Part shown: positions 13,601-25,786 of the stretch, piece by piece
How positions within the stretch are numbered: the stretch's first letter is position 1
Layout: each line of letters starts with the position of its first letter
From: Liolophura sinensis
Lineage: Eukaryota
DNA length: 64,000 nt
Direction: 5' to 3'
Assembly: GCF_032854445.1 (NCBI RefSeq)
Contig: NC_088295.1
Location: forward strand, 32,018,510-32,082,509
Notes under the pieces: model-generated
Told to the model about the DNA's origin: nothing
Seen by the model: the letters and a program-made list of their open reading frames with translations, nothing else
The model's database searches: none
Program-made: the position numbers and the translations under genes

Positions 13601-16600
13601 ACCCGTATAATGGTTCTCATGGCAGCACTTAGAGCATGGCTGACCAACCCATACTCAAACGCAAGACTTCTCTGAAACAAACAAATCATCTACTCAACTC
13701 TGATTTACATGTACTGACAAAACAAACATTCAAAACCCTTATCAGGATGGTTATTAATCTAAAAGAACAGCTTCAAAAATCCAACCCTGTAATTGAGACA
13801 CATCAATGACTAAATAAATGAATTTTCCAACATGAAAATGTCCTGTTGTGCAGACATTCTGACTTTCAAGAGTGCTAGGGACACCATACCTTTGTGCAAT
13901 AAGTTTGAAACAACCTATTTCAACACAAAAATGCTGGAAATATAGATGGTAAGTTACTGCCAGGAGCTATTCATTTAATGATTTCATATATTTACCTTCA
14001 ATAAATCTGACTACAACAGAGTAGTCTGAGCACAGTGGTAAAATTCGGTTCACAAACTCTTTAAGAGATGGATCTGCAAAATAGTATTAAAATATTAGCT
14101 TATAATAACTAGGATGGTAACCAGCACATTGAGCTTTACATCATCATAGCAGATACGTGGTCACATTAAAAGATCACAGCTTTTTTTTTGTCCAGCCCCT
14201 CAATTTCTTACATATTGCACTCAAAAGGCAATTTACCATATTACACGTACTCAATTATAATGCTAACACACATCCAGGTTCTAGATATTGTGGAATTATT
14301 GTAACACTTTAGTTTAATAAAACTTGGCTCTGATTAAAAGATGATAATCAGCAAGATAAAGTTATAAATATAGTTCACATAGTTGACTGAAATTTCGAGA
14401 CTTACAGTGGCACTAGAAAGAGACTTCCGTGCATGATTAAAGTAGACAAAAAAAAAAAAAAAAAAAACGCATGAAAAGCACCAAAACCAAATTCGTTGTT
14501 GCCAGTGTGGTTTCTTATAGTGGATAGCATATATTTGATGCAATAAATTGGATCTCAGCTTATTTTAAGCGTTAATCTGATGCATTGTAGAGCAGGGAGC
14601 TGAGAATGGCTGCCTGTGTCACAATGCGTACATATTGGGAAGGAAACTACAGTAACATGCCAAGATGATCTGGTAAGAAAAATGCCTGGGGGACAGTCAT
14701 TCCTTGAAGTAAAATATTGTGACTTTGCAATATTTTTCCTTAGCAAAGTCAAATTTATTGCGAAATATCTTCCCAATATCTGAATGAAAGAGTCTGTTAT
14801 CAATCAGTGGGTCCAGCTATGTGCGGTAAATACCCTGAAGTAGGTACAGCCAGGAAGGCCAAATGAGGGTGTGCAGGACCGCTAAAACACAACACTTGTG
14901 TCCATAAATAGCCTTGACTGAGCGCCAAATTAAAACAAACATCGGCCCCTTAAACAAGGAACCCAAATGATACTGTATGGTTGGGGGATTTTTTCTTTCT
15001 ATTGTCACATTGTTTAAAACGGATGGTACGGGAGAACTCGTAGGTTTTGTGACATTATTCTAGATAACTACAACATGGCAAAATGGCGTCACCAAATGAG
15101 TGGCTAGGTAATGATGATTTGTTTGCTATTTATTTTGATGATAAGCGATAAATATTTTAAACCTTTCTAGAATGTACTTTATTAATTGATTCAACTTCAG
15201 TGGCTGACTTTACATTCACTTTAAACATGATCTGAAAATGACAGGGAAAGCACTTAGGGATTTCAGATGAATTTATCTGAGAGCTGCTTTTATGTTTCTC
15301 CGCACTGTAACGCATAACCTACAAAAAAATCTCAAGATGCTCAAAATTAACTCATGAAAAAAATGCAAGCCAACAAAGACAATTTTCTTTCAAATACTTC
15401 CTATGTCTACGTAACTCCAAAGCACGAAACACAAAAGAAGATACCTACCCAAAGATTGGTCAATTACAAACTCTTTGGGGGAGTACTTGTCTTTAAGAGG
15501 TCTGGCTAAAATATATTTCCCCTCAATGCCCTGGTAAATATAACGTGAAAATAGCATATAAGTACAATCTTATTCTTGCATGTGCTCATGTATCCTATTG
15601 CACAGGTATCTCATTCTCTCTTTGGCTCCATTCAAGGTCGCCTATAATAGTGTACTATGACTGGTCAGTGTGGTAACACAAAAGTTGATAAGCAACCAAT
15701 ATGTGGCTCATAAATAGGCCATTCTAATGCTTTATTTCTTTACATTGATTGGAATACTAAAAACTGTTTCAGAATTATGAATAAAGAAATAGGGTAGATA
15801 AAACAGGGCAGGAATTGGGGTCAGCCCCACTGTCAGTCACATGAAAAACCACCTAATGTAACTTCAAGGCCCAATGTCCTACTGTTTATTTATTTATTTA
15901 TTTGACTGGTATTTTATGCCGGACTCAAGAATATTCAACTTATACGATGGCGGCCAGCATTATGGTGGATGGAAACTGGGCAGAGAGCCCAGGGAAAACC
16001 CACCGCAAGAATGTCCTATTGGATTTCACATTAAATTTTAATAACTCTAACACAGGCAATGCCCATTTTCTACATACAACTTCATGCAACTCCTGTTACT
16101 TGAATGGATTAAATGGCTGTGGGGAAATGTCCCTTACCTGCATACAATGGAGGACGTCCTCCAGTATTGCCAGTTCCTGCTGAGGAGCAGGTAAGGTGCC
16201 CAGAGCTACCACATTCTGCACAAAATAGGGGTGTTCGGAAGATATACAATGTATTATCACACACATCAAGCCACTTCATACCAAATGTAACAGAGCATGT
16301 CACAGATTATGAAAGCTGGGTTAACCCACATAATATTACTACAAACCACCGTTATGACTCAATAGTTTCAAAACATGCAGATATTGACATTATTATGGAA
16401 TAACTCAACTAAAAAATATGCTTATGGGAATCCAGTTATGTGCATGTATAAAGCTATCTCTCAGCTGTTAAAATGCTCCTCAATCAAACCACTGTTTTTC
16501 TTCAATGTAACATGTTCAATATGTGCATTACCACATTAACAAGTGACACAAAAAATTGAAAATCCCTAACCAATAAGAATTTTTTATAAAATTATACATT

Positions 16601-19600
16601 CTACAAAAGGAAGTATTGGAAAACATAGATGTACTTTGCACCATACATGTGAAATGAAAGACACGATAATATCTGGTTCTAAAGCTGTGTTTGAACACTG
16701 AGGCTTGTCACAAATGGGATCATACACACACTTACTTCATCAGCAATGGGGTCAGTGTTGACAATGAAGTCTAAGGTCAGAGCAGGTCTGTCAAACAACC
16801 ACTCAGGCTGGACAGGAACGTTCACTACAACACAAGACCAGGATCATATTAAAAGATAAGAAGGTTTCTTTTTCTGGACTTTTCACATGCTGTACTCTTA
16901 CAAGCATGAGTATACATATTACTGGTTTATAAAAATCACACACATTCAGTTCTAGATATCGTGGAATTATTAGAATACTGTAGTTTTCAAGAAAAGACAA
17001 CCAAAAATACAATCAGTTATTTAGGAAGAGGGGTGGATGCTATTTGTTTCTGACATGCTTGACATCGCTATAAATCAACTTTTGATAAGGCACTCTTATG
17101 AGGCAAAGAGGGTTTGGGTGATACAAGTGGAAACAGACGTATCCCCAAGTTACGGAAACAACTCTCCCCTGATTGGATAAAACCAATAACATGTCAGTGC
17201 TTTCAACCGTCTCGATGTATGCATTTGGGGTTATTTTGTAAGTCTGAGATATATACACTTGGTCTATTTATTTATTTATTTGATTAGTGCTTTATGCCGT
17301 ACATTTGGTCTAGTGTCTTTTCCATTAATAAATATGAAATCTAAGGTTAGGGTAGGTACGTCAAACAATCACTCAGCCTGGACTGTGATGTTCACTACAA
17401 CACAACATCAAGATGCTAAGTGGACAACATGCCCTTGGCCAGTTCAGATATGCCAGAATACAACTACATGCATATACAGATGCATTCACCCAGTGCTATT
17501 TGTTAATTTGACAGTTTAATGAAATTGGCAATGTCTACTTCATATGAAAAGCAATTTGTCAAAATGCCACAATTGTATCAAACATCTGACCAGTCGACAC
17601 AACAAATGCACAGTGCATACACAGCTTAAAGGGGTTAGCATGTGCATCATGTTCAAGAGTTTATCTATCCGCTTTCCTTGATTAAAATATCCAAGAATTA
17701 TGCATAATTTAATATGATAAGCATCATTAATAAAAATAAAAGGTGTTTATCTGAATATCTTTGACAAATCATGCTGCAGAGATGTGTTATTAAATATTCT
17801 GCCTGTCACTAGTTCATTTGTGAAAATGGGTACAAGCCAATGGGGGTACAAGCCGTACCATTCCTTTTCAACTGTTTTTCTCGTAATCCTTTCCGTAACA
17901 GCTCAGACGATGTTATTGCATCAGTAGATGTTGCCTCTCTTAACAGCATATCTTTGATCTGTAAATTAATAAACAATTTAATATTGTCATAGTTATCTGA
18001 AGTTAAAAACAAAACACATAAGGCATAACAATCCAATGGAGCTGAAGTTTTTATGTGCAAGTCATAATAATTTATTTATCAATTTATTTCATTGGTGTTA
18101 TACAATAGAATATTACACTTATACAACGGCGGCCAGCATTATGGTGGGGAAAAAACTGGGCAGAGGCCACGATCATCTGCTGATTGGTGGCAGACCTTCC
18201 CACAAGAGGAAACCAGTATGAGTGAGACGAACTCAGGGCAAATTAAATGGTGAAAGGCTCCTAAATCATCGCGCCACGCTGGCGAGCTAACCACCATAGA
18301 GGCCCCATAAGCCATGATATCCTATGAGATTAGGAGGTGACGGCAGACAGAGCATTACATAAGACTGCTGGAAGGCTAGGGGTTACTTTCAAATTCACAA
18401 CAACTTCAGTGACATTCATATACCTCTGTTAGCTCTTGTTGGGTCATCTTTGTTCCAGGGGCAGGTAACTGTGATATGACTTTACTGTGGGATGTGAGAG
18501 TAAGACCAGCATTGTCTGCACGGTCTTTGGCATTTTTTCCCAGGAATTGCTTTGTCTGAAAATTTCACAAAAAGTCATCTGTAATAAACCCACCCAAATG
18601 CCTAATACAACACAATAACAATCTAGTTTACATACCGAAAAATACATTAAAATACAATGCTTTCCTTTTACACACTCACTTTGCACACAGGAAAGGCTGT
18701 GATTATTCAGCATTCTTTACCTTAACATCTAAAAACACCTCAATATATTGACAAAGTTAAAGAGCTGAACACTTTACAACTACATGTAGATACCTTTTTT
18801 TCCTCAGATAACTTGGAGAGCAAGAACACCAGAGAGTCCAAGTCCCGAACACTGTCATAACATACAAGGCCAGATATTTATAAATGCACATGCAAGTGCA
18901 TGCAATTGAATCTGGGTAGGTTTACCAATAACACATATTATTATTTATACATCAGTGAAATCCCAGTATTTCCTTCACTGATAAAAATGGTATCTTCACT
19001 AGTTAGATATCACTTTTGTTATTACATTTTGCTATTACACTGCTGGAGACCTTGATCCGTGACCCACGGCCGTGCACTTCCGCGCAATACATAGTTCGGC
19101 AAAAAATAAAAAATAAGGGATAGACATTCTCCATGTGCTTAATTTACCTAAATACCTATATTGCATTAGCATTAAACACCTTTGTAGAATGTATAATTAC
19201 TTACAGACAATTTTTAAAACTGTAAAAAGGTTTTGTGAGCACGGACGTGAACGAAATTGCGGCACGTATGAACAGAATCAGAAATACGAAGAAGATGGCA
19301 CAATGCTTATTTTTTTCAAAGATGCAACAGATGTAAATGCCTTTATATTCGTGGGCATAAACTTTCGCGGATTTGGTAAAAAGACACATTTGCGGGAATC
19401 AACTTTTGCAGATCTTAACAGAATTTTTGGACAACTGATCAAACTTCAATACAGAAACATCAAGTAATAAAACAACTCAAGCATTCAAGTAACAATGTTA
19501 TCATTTAAACTTGTTTGTAACTGTAAGATGTGACGAAACTTCTATACATTGAAGACTGTTACTCTTTATAAGACGAAGCCCTTACCTGCTGTGTGAGCAA

Positions 19601-21645
19601 ATATTCGTGCCACTCACTGCGGGAAACGACCAAGGATTAAATGTGAAATAAATAAATCCCACTGTTTAATTCCCATGCATCAGCAGTGTGAGTGAAACTT
19701 TGAGTGAACAGTAACAGATTTGAGCAAATTTCTCAGAAGTGCGGAATCCCCCCAAGCGATATCTCAGGCGCGTCCGAAAGATGATCTGACTGAAAGGCAC
19801 GTACAGTCGATAAAAAAACAGCCTCTCTCGTCGTATGTATATCGTATCACGTACACACTCCAAGTACAAATTATCGATTTGTATGTCTGTAACTGCGGCA
19901 ATAAATCAACAAAAATAACGTTGCACTTTGGCGATACTTAAGACGTAGCTAAGCCTCCTTAAAAGAGATTAACTGACGATCAATTAAGCTGAATTTGTAA
20001 AAGCCAAAATACATTCTAATTAGGTATTTCTAATTAACGTGTTTGAAAAGTATTAGAACTGTAGTGCTTGTTAACGAATTTATAACTGTAACGCATGCTA
20101 CATTTATAAATTACTTACATGGGTTTTATATTCGATGGCACTTATTTTCACGGAAATGTGTTCGCCGCGAAATCCACGAACATTAGTACCACACAAATAA
20201 AAAGGCATTTACAGTAAATTGATACGCATTTATATACATGTAGAGAAAATGTCAGGATATAAATAATAAACAGAATATTGCACAGTGAAGATTAAATACC
20301 ACAAATATTGTTCTCGTGAAAGGTAGAAATGATGGGTTATCATTTCCACCTCACACTCAAACAATATTTATGGTATTTAACCTTCAGTGTGCAATATCCT
20401 CTATATAAATAGATAATGTCTCTGAGTTTTTAACAATGTTATCAATATTAACCTTATTTCCTGTGTATTTGCTCTGTGCTGAAGTAAGAGAATCAGATAG
20501 CATTAATAAAAACAGAGACAAACAGCAAACCACTAACTGTTTGATTGCTTGGGGTTTAACTTTACTTCAAATTTTACTTTATAATTATAATCTCACTTCA
20601 GTGTCTCACTGAGTCAAGCCAGTCTAAATGATGGCATGTCATCACACCCAGTTACAATATACTGACATTAGACGAACCACTACATATCTGGCCTATCCTC
20701 TTAGTCTGTTCGAAGCACAAAAGTATGACCAGAAGACTGCCGTCTTAAACGTCTAAGTCGTATGACTTGGCCTGGGATTGACACCGAGGCCCCTTACAAA
20801 AGAATGAAGTCACATATTTACTATTTCTAAACACAGAATGTGTAAAAAAAAAAAAAAAATACACAACTCTCTTACTTTTTAGCTTTAAGTTCATCATATT
20901 TGGACAAGAACTCAATGGGTGTGCCACTGCACTGTGCTATCTTCCTCTTTGCATGGTGGGCTGATACCTGAGAAACAAATGTGTGTTTTAATAACAGCTG
21001 ATGTAGTTGAACCATCTCTATCTTTTAATCTTAAGAGTTTTCACCCTGATATGTAAACTGATATGCGCTAGTTTACAAACTTTATTCAAATTCACATTGG
21101 TACATAACATTTCATACTCTCCTTAAAACTAGGCCTGAAGTGAATCAAATAAAGCTAAGGACACATAACACAAAAAAAAAAAAACCCCCAAAAAACATAA
21201 CGGTTACCTTAACATGCTGTCCAGCTTGTGTTAAACTAGAACTATCCAAACCTAGCTTCATTTAATTTATTTATTTGATTAGTGTTTTAAGCCTTAGTCA
21301 AGAATATTTCACTTATACAACAGCAGCCGGCATTATGGTGGGAGGAAACCCGGGGGAAACCCACGACCATCTGCAGGTTGAAAGCTTCATTTGAGAGATG
21401 TTTCATCTTAACCTGTGTTGTAATATAAGGAGTTGTATTCTTCAAGAGCATCTCAGTGTACACTTCAGCGCCTACTTCATCTGTGGACTTTACTCTGAAA
21501 TAACACAACCAGGGCAATGCATGAATATGAAGAGTTAAAATATAAGATCCGGCTACATCAACTACTATAACCAACAATAAAATTGTAAATTTGTCCCATG
21601 TACAGACCTTGTACCAGATTGTCTGCTTTGACACAAATTTGTCAT
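1619..21645 (-). CDS. TUBGCP2: gamma-tubulin complex component 2 (GCP2) ortholog. Multi-exon, minus strand, C-terminal ~1/3 of the protein lies beyond the window start. Exons 5'->3' (approx +/-2 nt): 21608..21645 (tentative ATG exon), 21413..21494, 20876..20967, 18794..18851, 18424..18555, 17858..17958, 16736..16824, 16138..16215, 15449..15530, 13996..14073, 13603..13671, 13166..13210, 12578..12652, 12030..12091, 10444..10486, 10270..10341, 9753..9814, 9406..9518, 8481..8631, 4158..4249, 2043..2130, 1619..1692
   Basis: Translated exons are collinear with human GCP2 as I recall it. Examples: VSAHHAKRKIAQCSGTPIEFLSKYDELKAKK vs VSAHSAKVKIAEFSRTPEDFLKKYDELKSKN; VRDLDSLVFLLSKLSEEKK vs TRNLDPLVYLLSKLTEDKE; NVVALGTLPAPQQELAILEDVLHCMQ+GIEGKYILARPL vs GTLPLASQESAVVEDLLYVLVGVDGRYVSAQPL; PSLKEFVNRILPLCSDYSVVVRFIE; RSLAFEYGLVSHALSAAMRTIIR vs SSFEYGQVNHALAAAMRTLVRE; ACVPYFEILEKWIYKGIVSDPYSE+FLVEENE vs [69 protein letters not shown] vs [73 protein letters not shown]...SIKHYFLLDKGDFIVQFMD vs [34 protein letters not shown]...SIKRYFLMDQGDFFVHFMD; ILPTRLESLLELALRTSTANVDPFKDDLK+VDLLPYDLITQMFKILTIETKLEK vs TPPRLEALLELALRMSTANTDPFKDDLKIDLMPHDLITQLLRVLAIETKQEK. 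Splice phases close across every junction except 13996..14073 -> 13603..13671. Acceptors and donors are canonical, apart from two AT-AC introns. Confidence 0.85.
3400..3700 (-). repeat. tandem array (about 2.5 copies, about 112 bp period) of the 3' module of the SINE
   Basis: Three consecutive copies of ...TATTTGATTATTGTATTACTC(C/T)GTAC(C/T)GAAGAATATTTCACTTATACGACGGCGGCCAGCATTATG(G/C)TGGGTGGAAA..GGGCA.AGCCCAGGGGAAACC at 3421, 3533 and 3645. Confidence 0.8.
3822..3978 (-). mobile_element. SINE copy (3' two-thirds)
   Basis: matches family consensus. Confidence 0.8.
4020..4081 (+). mobile_element. 5'-truncated SINE tail fragment with poly(A), flanked by target-site duplication CCAATTATAACGC (4010 and 4083)
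   Basis: TATAAGTGAAATATTCTTGAGTACGGCATAAAACACCAT(A)n, with a 13-bp direct repeat on both sides. Confidence 0.75.
4321..4490 (-). mobile_element. SINE copy (partial, diverged)
   Basis: matches family consensus. Confidence 0.75.
6655..6885 (-). mobile_element. SINE copy with internal deletion
   Basis: matches family consensus. Confidence 0.8.
7457..7731 (-). mobile_element. full-length SINE copy with poly(A) tail (seen as T22 on the plus strand)
   Basis: about 97% match to consensus over about 255 bp. Confidence 0.9.
9519..9752 (-). other. second U12-type (AT-AC) intron of TUBGCP2, between exons 9753..9814 and 9406..9518
   Basis: The intron begins ATATCCTTTTCT. Branch-site-like TTCCTTAAT lies 11 nt upstream of a terminal AC. 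Splicing gives ...EEYND|A|[12 protein letters not shown]..., matching human ...[18 protein letters not shown]... exactly in length. No GT donor exists downstream of YND, and no AG acceptor exists upstream of YWEQ. Confidence 0.7.
9965..10212 (-). mobile_element. SINE copy with poly(A) tail and internal deletion
   Basis: matches family consensus. Confidence 0.85.
10548..11898. repeat. compound minisatellite, about 1.35 kb: 23-24 bp unit CACCCCAGCAAACACTGATGTAT(C) interleaved with about 60 bp units (CAGCAAACTCATCAGGGCCTCACTGGTCAAGGGCCTGAGGGCTTCAGCAAACACTGATGTATCACCC)
   Basis: Direct visual tandem repetition. Lies inside the TUBGCP2 intron between exons 12030..12091 and 10444..10486. Produces spurious repeat-ORFs on both strands. 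Confidence 0.9.
12205..12358 (-). mobile_element. SINE copy (3' half)
   Basis: matches family consensus. Confidence 0.75.
15888..16012 (-). mobile_element. SINE copy (3' half)
   Basis: matches family consensus. Confidence 0.75.
18066..18308 (-). mobile_element. SINE copy (older, diverged, near full-length)
   Basis: matches family consensus at about 75%. Confidence 0.7.
21262..21383 (-). mobile_element. SINE copy (3' half), in TUBGCP2 intron 1
   Basis: matches family consensus. Confidence 0.75.
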
Positions 21646-22439
21646 GATGATACCTGAAATCTCATATAAATATTATTACTTCTATACCTAAACATCTTTG
21701 AAATAAATTGCACACTCTTCAAAACTGTTAAATATGAAAGATTTGCCAATACAAACCCTAGTAAATTCATCAGTTCGCTGACATGATGGTGGATCTTAAA
21801 CTCTCCCATTGTGAAACTTTAATCTGCAAAAAAAGAAACCAAAAACATGTAAAATATACATTATAAAGATTATAACCCTATATCTCTGAAAGAATTGAAT
21901 GATTGTTATTTTAGTTCAACACCATACTCAATAATTTTCAACTTATATGATTGTGGCCAGTTTTCCGATGTGTCCGTGATAAACAATCAATTAGTTGTGG
22001 GCAGCTAGCACTCAACTTCACAAACGATAACCATACTAATATTATGCAGGGAAGTTGTTAATAATTGGGCGCTGTCATGGCAGAATTTTTTTTTTTTTCC
22101 AATCAGTTGTCAGCAAAGAAAATTCAAGCAAAAAGATAAATGCCCATAGATTTCCCTGTTTTACTCCTGATGAAAATTCGACAGAAGGAAGTAATTGAAC
22201 AACCCTGTGAACTTTAACATGAGCAACTTAAGCTCATCAGCATCATTTGGTTTCTGAATGAAAGTCTGTCGAAAATTGAGCATCACACAATCCATCACCC
22301 TATACTCACATGTTGTGAGTGTGGTGACAGTTAATTCAGACTGAAAATAGGTTTGTTATATATATGGTCACATCAAATACTTGGCTTCATTGTGATGATA
22401 ATTTAGAAAGACCTCTAAACCAGGTTCAACTCGTGCCCT

Positions 22440-22620
22440 GTCAGTCATGCAGACATACTGAGCATCATACTCAGTTCAGTTTTCTTTTCGCGCGCGTTTC
22501 CGTCCATGTATTCACTTGCGATGGGTCACGTGACGGTCAGAGACAGCCAATATTACACTTATTTTCGGCGCGTCTGCGGGCTTTTTAGCAGCGCTAACCC
22601 AGTAAGGGAGTTGTATTTTA
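22440..22620. promoter_or_regulatory. CpG-rich putative bidirectional promoter between divergent TUBGCP2 (-) and TMEM138 (+)
   Basis: Local CpG cluster (ttcgcgcgcgtttccg, tcggcgcgtctgcgggc) in an otherwise CpG-poor region. Palindromic E-box/USF-type site GTCACGTGAC at about 22519. CCAAT box (gacagccaatat) at about 22546. A GTAAGG donor at about 22601 could end a TMEM138 5' UTR exon. The region sits between the two gene 5' ends. Confidence 0.4.
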
Positions 22621-23768
22621 ATCACTCTATTTTTCAAGGTTGTCGAATCATCAAAGAAATTATTTTGTTTTAACCATGCAAAGAACATATTACATAGGGT
22701 ATCATGAGATCTCGCGTGGCCCTGGACTTTGACAACATGTAAACACTTGCCCTGTTAGGAAAGCGTTCGACTGTCAATTTCTTGGCTGGAGTCGTTTTAT
22801 TGGGTGAAATGGGTTGACTAAAATTGACTGTAAGTATATCACTTATCTTCTCCATGCAAGGAAATTACATCATGGCATTGTTTGTGTTGTCATAGCAATT
22901 TTTTTTCCTGCGAGCTGACACAGAGCATCGTGAGCTGGTGATTGCAACAACAACGACATGATTTTCTGAACCTGCTCACTTCATCCCAGTCCAACAACAA
23001 ATAAGTTACCTCATGATCAATTATCTGTAGTGTATGGCTGATATTGTATCACTGTTCTCTTTCAATGGCTGTTGGTGGTTTCTAGCGCTTTATTTATCCC
23101 TGATAATGAGCTGTTTTAATTTTCACAAATGGGGTATCGGCACATTTCCCTCCCCCAACAGGTGGAGCGGACGAGGAGTAAGCATTTGTGGCAAAACCCT
23201 TTTGTTTCATCTTTGACGTACACATTCTGTTCACTGTAACATTGTACTGTTGATACTGTGGAGTCAGAGTTCTGTCTGAAAGTACAGACCTCCACAAATG
23301 CTGGGGCTCAGGGGTGTGCTGGGTTGTATCCTTGGACCACCACAAATATGAGCGCAATGATTCCGGCGGCCTTACCATTAATCTTTAGAAGCCTGCCACT
23401 CAGGAAATTATCATTGCGTGTTAAAATAAACCTGTCCTATATTTTAGCATCAGGGTTTAGATTTCACCACAGAGTCTGAACAACACTGCTGTTGTATGGT
23501 ACTTAGGGTATAGATTAGCTGGTGAAACTGATTTTGCAATTCGTAAATCAAATAAAAATAAGTGAAAGGTTGAGGCTATGGCCATTTCTTCCTGACATTT
23601 ACTGTAGCTTTAGTGAAGCGGATTATCTGATTTCTTTACTTGCATTTGCTTTTGTAGGGTTTTTATGTGGATTACTGTCTGTAGATGAAGCGAAAGGTGG
23701 AATTTGTGGAGCCAGTTTAAATGAGAATGTTACAAACTGTAGACTCCACAAAGTGATCAGTCAACAGA

Positions 23769-25570
23769 ATGTTGCTCAGCCGCTACATGCCAGTTTTGTA
23801 CATGCAGTACTTCCTACTACTTGTGGACTTGTTCATGAATTCATTTGTGGAGCTGTTGAGATTTGAAAATGTCATCCTTCTGGTTTTGTTTGTGTGAGTA
23901 TGTTTATCTTTCTGTCATACATTCCATGAATTCTGCTGCAAATATTATGTATTGCAACCAAGACAGCATACGTTTTGGTGGGAATTATGCAGTGTGGCAG
24001 CCCAAGAAGTTACATTAGTTAACATGCCTTTATTAACAACTTTTACCCTATTAATCATAAGGGTCACATGGGTGGATTTGTGTTGAATGGTGCTAGACAA
24101 AGGTAGTGCCTCATGTTCGGTGAAATATTCATCAAAGTAGTTGTCTGTTCCCTGAAGAAGTTGGAATGTTATATTCCTACCTTAATCGACAAGACAACAA
24201 ATAGTTTCATTGTTATTCCAGAGGGTTGACTCATGATTACATTTTCATGTATAAACTCCCCATAGAAAGATTTTTTGAATGATCATATTCAGATGTTTAA
24301 GATTGTCATGATTTTTAGTGAAATAAAATATTGTTTAACTTCACACCATTTTATTACTAGTGGTCAGCTTGATGTCTGACTGTTTTCAGAGATTTTTGAA
24401 TGGTTAACAGTGATCATTTCCACATCCAGATGTTTTCTATCAATCCTGTGTTATAAAAGGTGTTCTATATACATGTACATGTAATGTCAAATTCTACTTT
24501 CTCTTTCAGCATTCAGGATGTATGTATAATATTTGCAGTCATAGTGGTTTTCCTTCTCTTCTTCAACACCTACATCTTCCAAGCTGGGCTTGTTGGCATT
24601 CTCATCAACAAGTTTAAGACAACAATTAGTGTGGTCTTTGTTTACTTCGCACTCTGCCTAGCTCTTCACATCTGGGGTACAGTAAGTACTGCTTCTCATT
24701 CTTTTAGTTCTAGTTCTGGTTTCCATATTTTCATGCTGAATATTGAAAATGTTATCACATTTTGACGTATAACTTTATCTAAGGCTTAGAAAGAAAACAG
24801 AACAGCAAAATAGAAAAAATGTTTTTACTGGTCAAAGGATGGAAATTTGTATTGACTTTTGTGTTACCTCCTCTTTGTGGTCTCATAAATAATTGGCTAT
24901 ATACCCTTCTCAGTACTACAAAGGAACAAATATTATGTTACAAACATTTTTTTACTGAAAAAATTGTTGTTTTTAAGATCTTTCTGCTATAGTACATGTA
25001 CATATAATGTTTGTGTGAAGCTTGTAAATTCAAACTTTAGGACAACTTAATTTCTGAAAGGTAACTTTTTATTATCAATTTTGAATTGCAGACACAAAGG
25101 TGGGAAAACCCTAACATGTTTATGTGGGATAACCCAGGATACAGAGCATTGTTCATCATACAGAGGACAGGTAATGTCACCTGTATTACAGTAAGACCTC
25201 CTGTATTTTTTTTATTTGTTATAATTGCCTGATCTTTATTGACAAGAGTATCAGCTTGATTGAATGAAAAAAAGAAGCAATGGAAAGTAAACAGTGTAAT
25301 TTCGAATTCAAGTGGCAAATAGTAATTCACATTTACTATTGCTCTGTTTATTAACATGAGGGATATAGAGATATTTCTGTAGATATAATACAGTTACAGT
25401 GCACTACCACTACTTGTGTTATCTAACATTGATTATGGTATACCTCTTTTCTCTTTCCAGCATCAGTGTTCTACTACTATTTTTACAAAAGAACAGCATT
25501 AAAATTAGGGGACCCCAGATATTACCAAGACTCCAGCTGGATCAGAAGGGAGTTTGAGAAGAGAAGATAA
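23769..25570 (+). CDS. TMEM138: TMEM138 ortholog (4 TM ciliary transmembrane protein), 161 aa. CDS join(23769..23893, 24510..24681, 25091..25169, 25461..25570)
   Basis: Predicted protein [162 protein letters not shown]. It matches human TMEM138 as I recall it (...QFLLLSYDLFVNSFSELL...FFNT.VFQAGLVNLLFHKFKGTI...VYFALSISLHVW...[28 protein letters not shown]...) and is within 1 aa of the human length. All donors are GTGAGT or GTAAGT-like, acceptors are (Y)nCAG, and phases close. The first in-frame ATG follows an in-frame TGA. Confidence 0.88.
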
Positions 25571-25786
25571 TCAACCAAGCAGCTATCTTGCTGCACAATC
25601 TAATTTTTGATCTGATCTTACATGTAAGAAACTGTTGGAGATCTGTTGACTAGATGGAATTGTGACTTAAATTCTGTTCAACATTTAGTCTTTCAAACAG
25701 CTCCCTTATATTTATCTGTGTTAGAATTGAACAGAAGATAAGTACATACATGTGCGCACATCGTTATATACTAGATCTGTGGCCTA

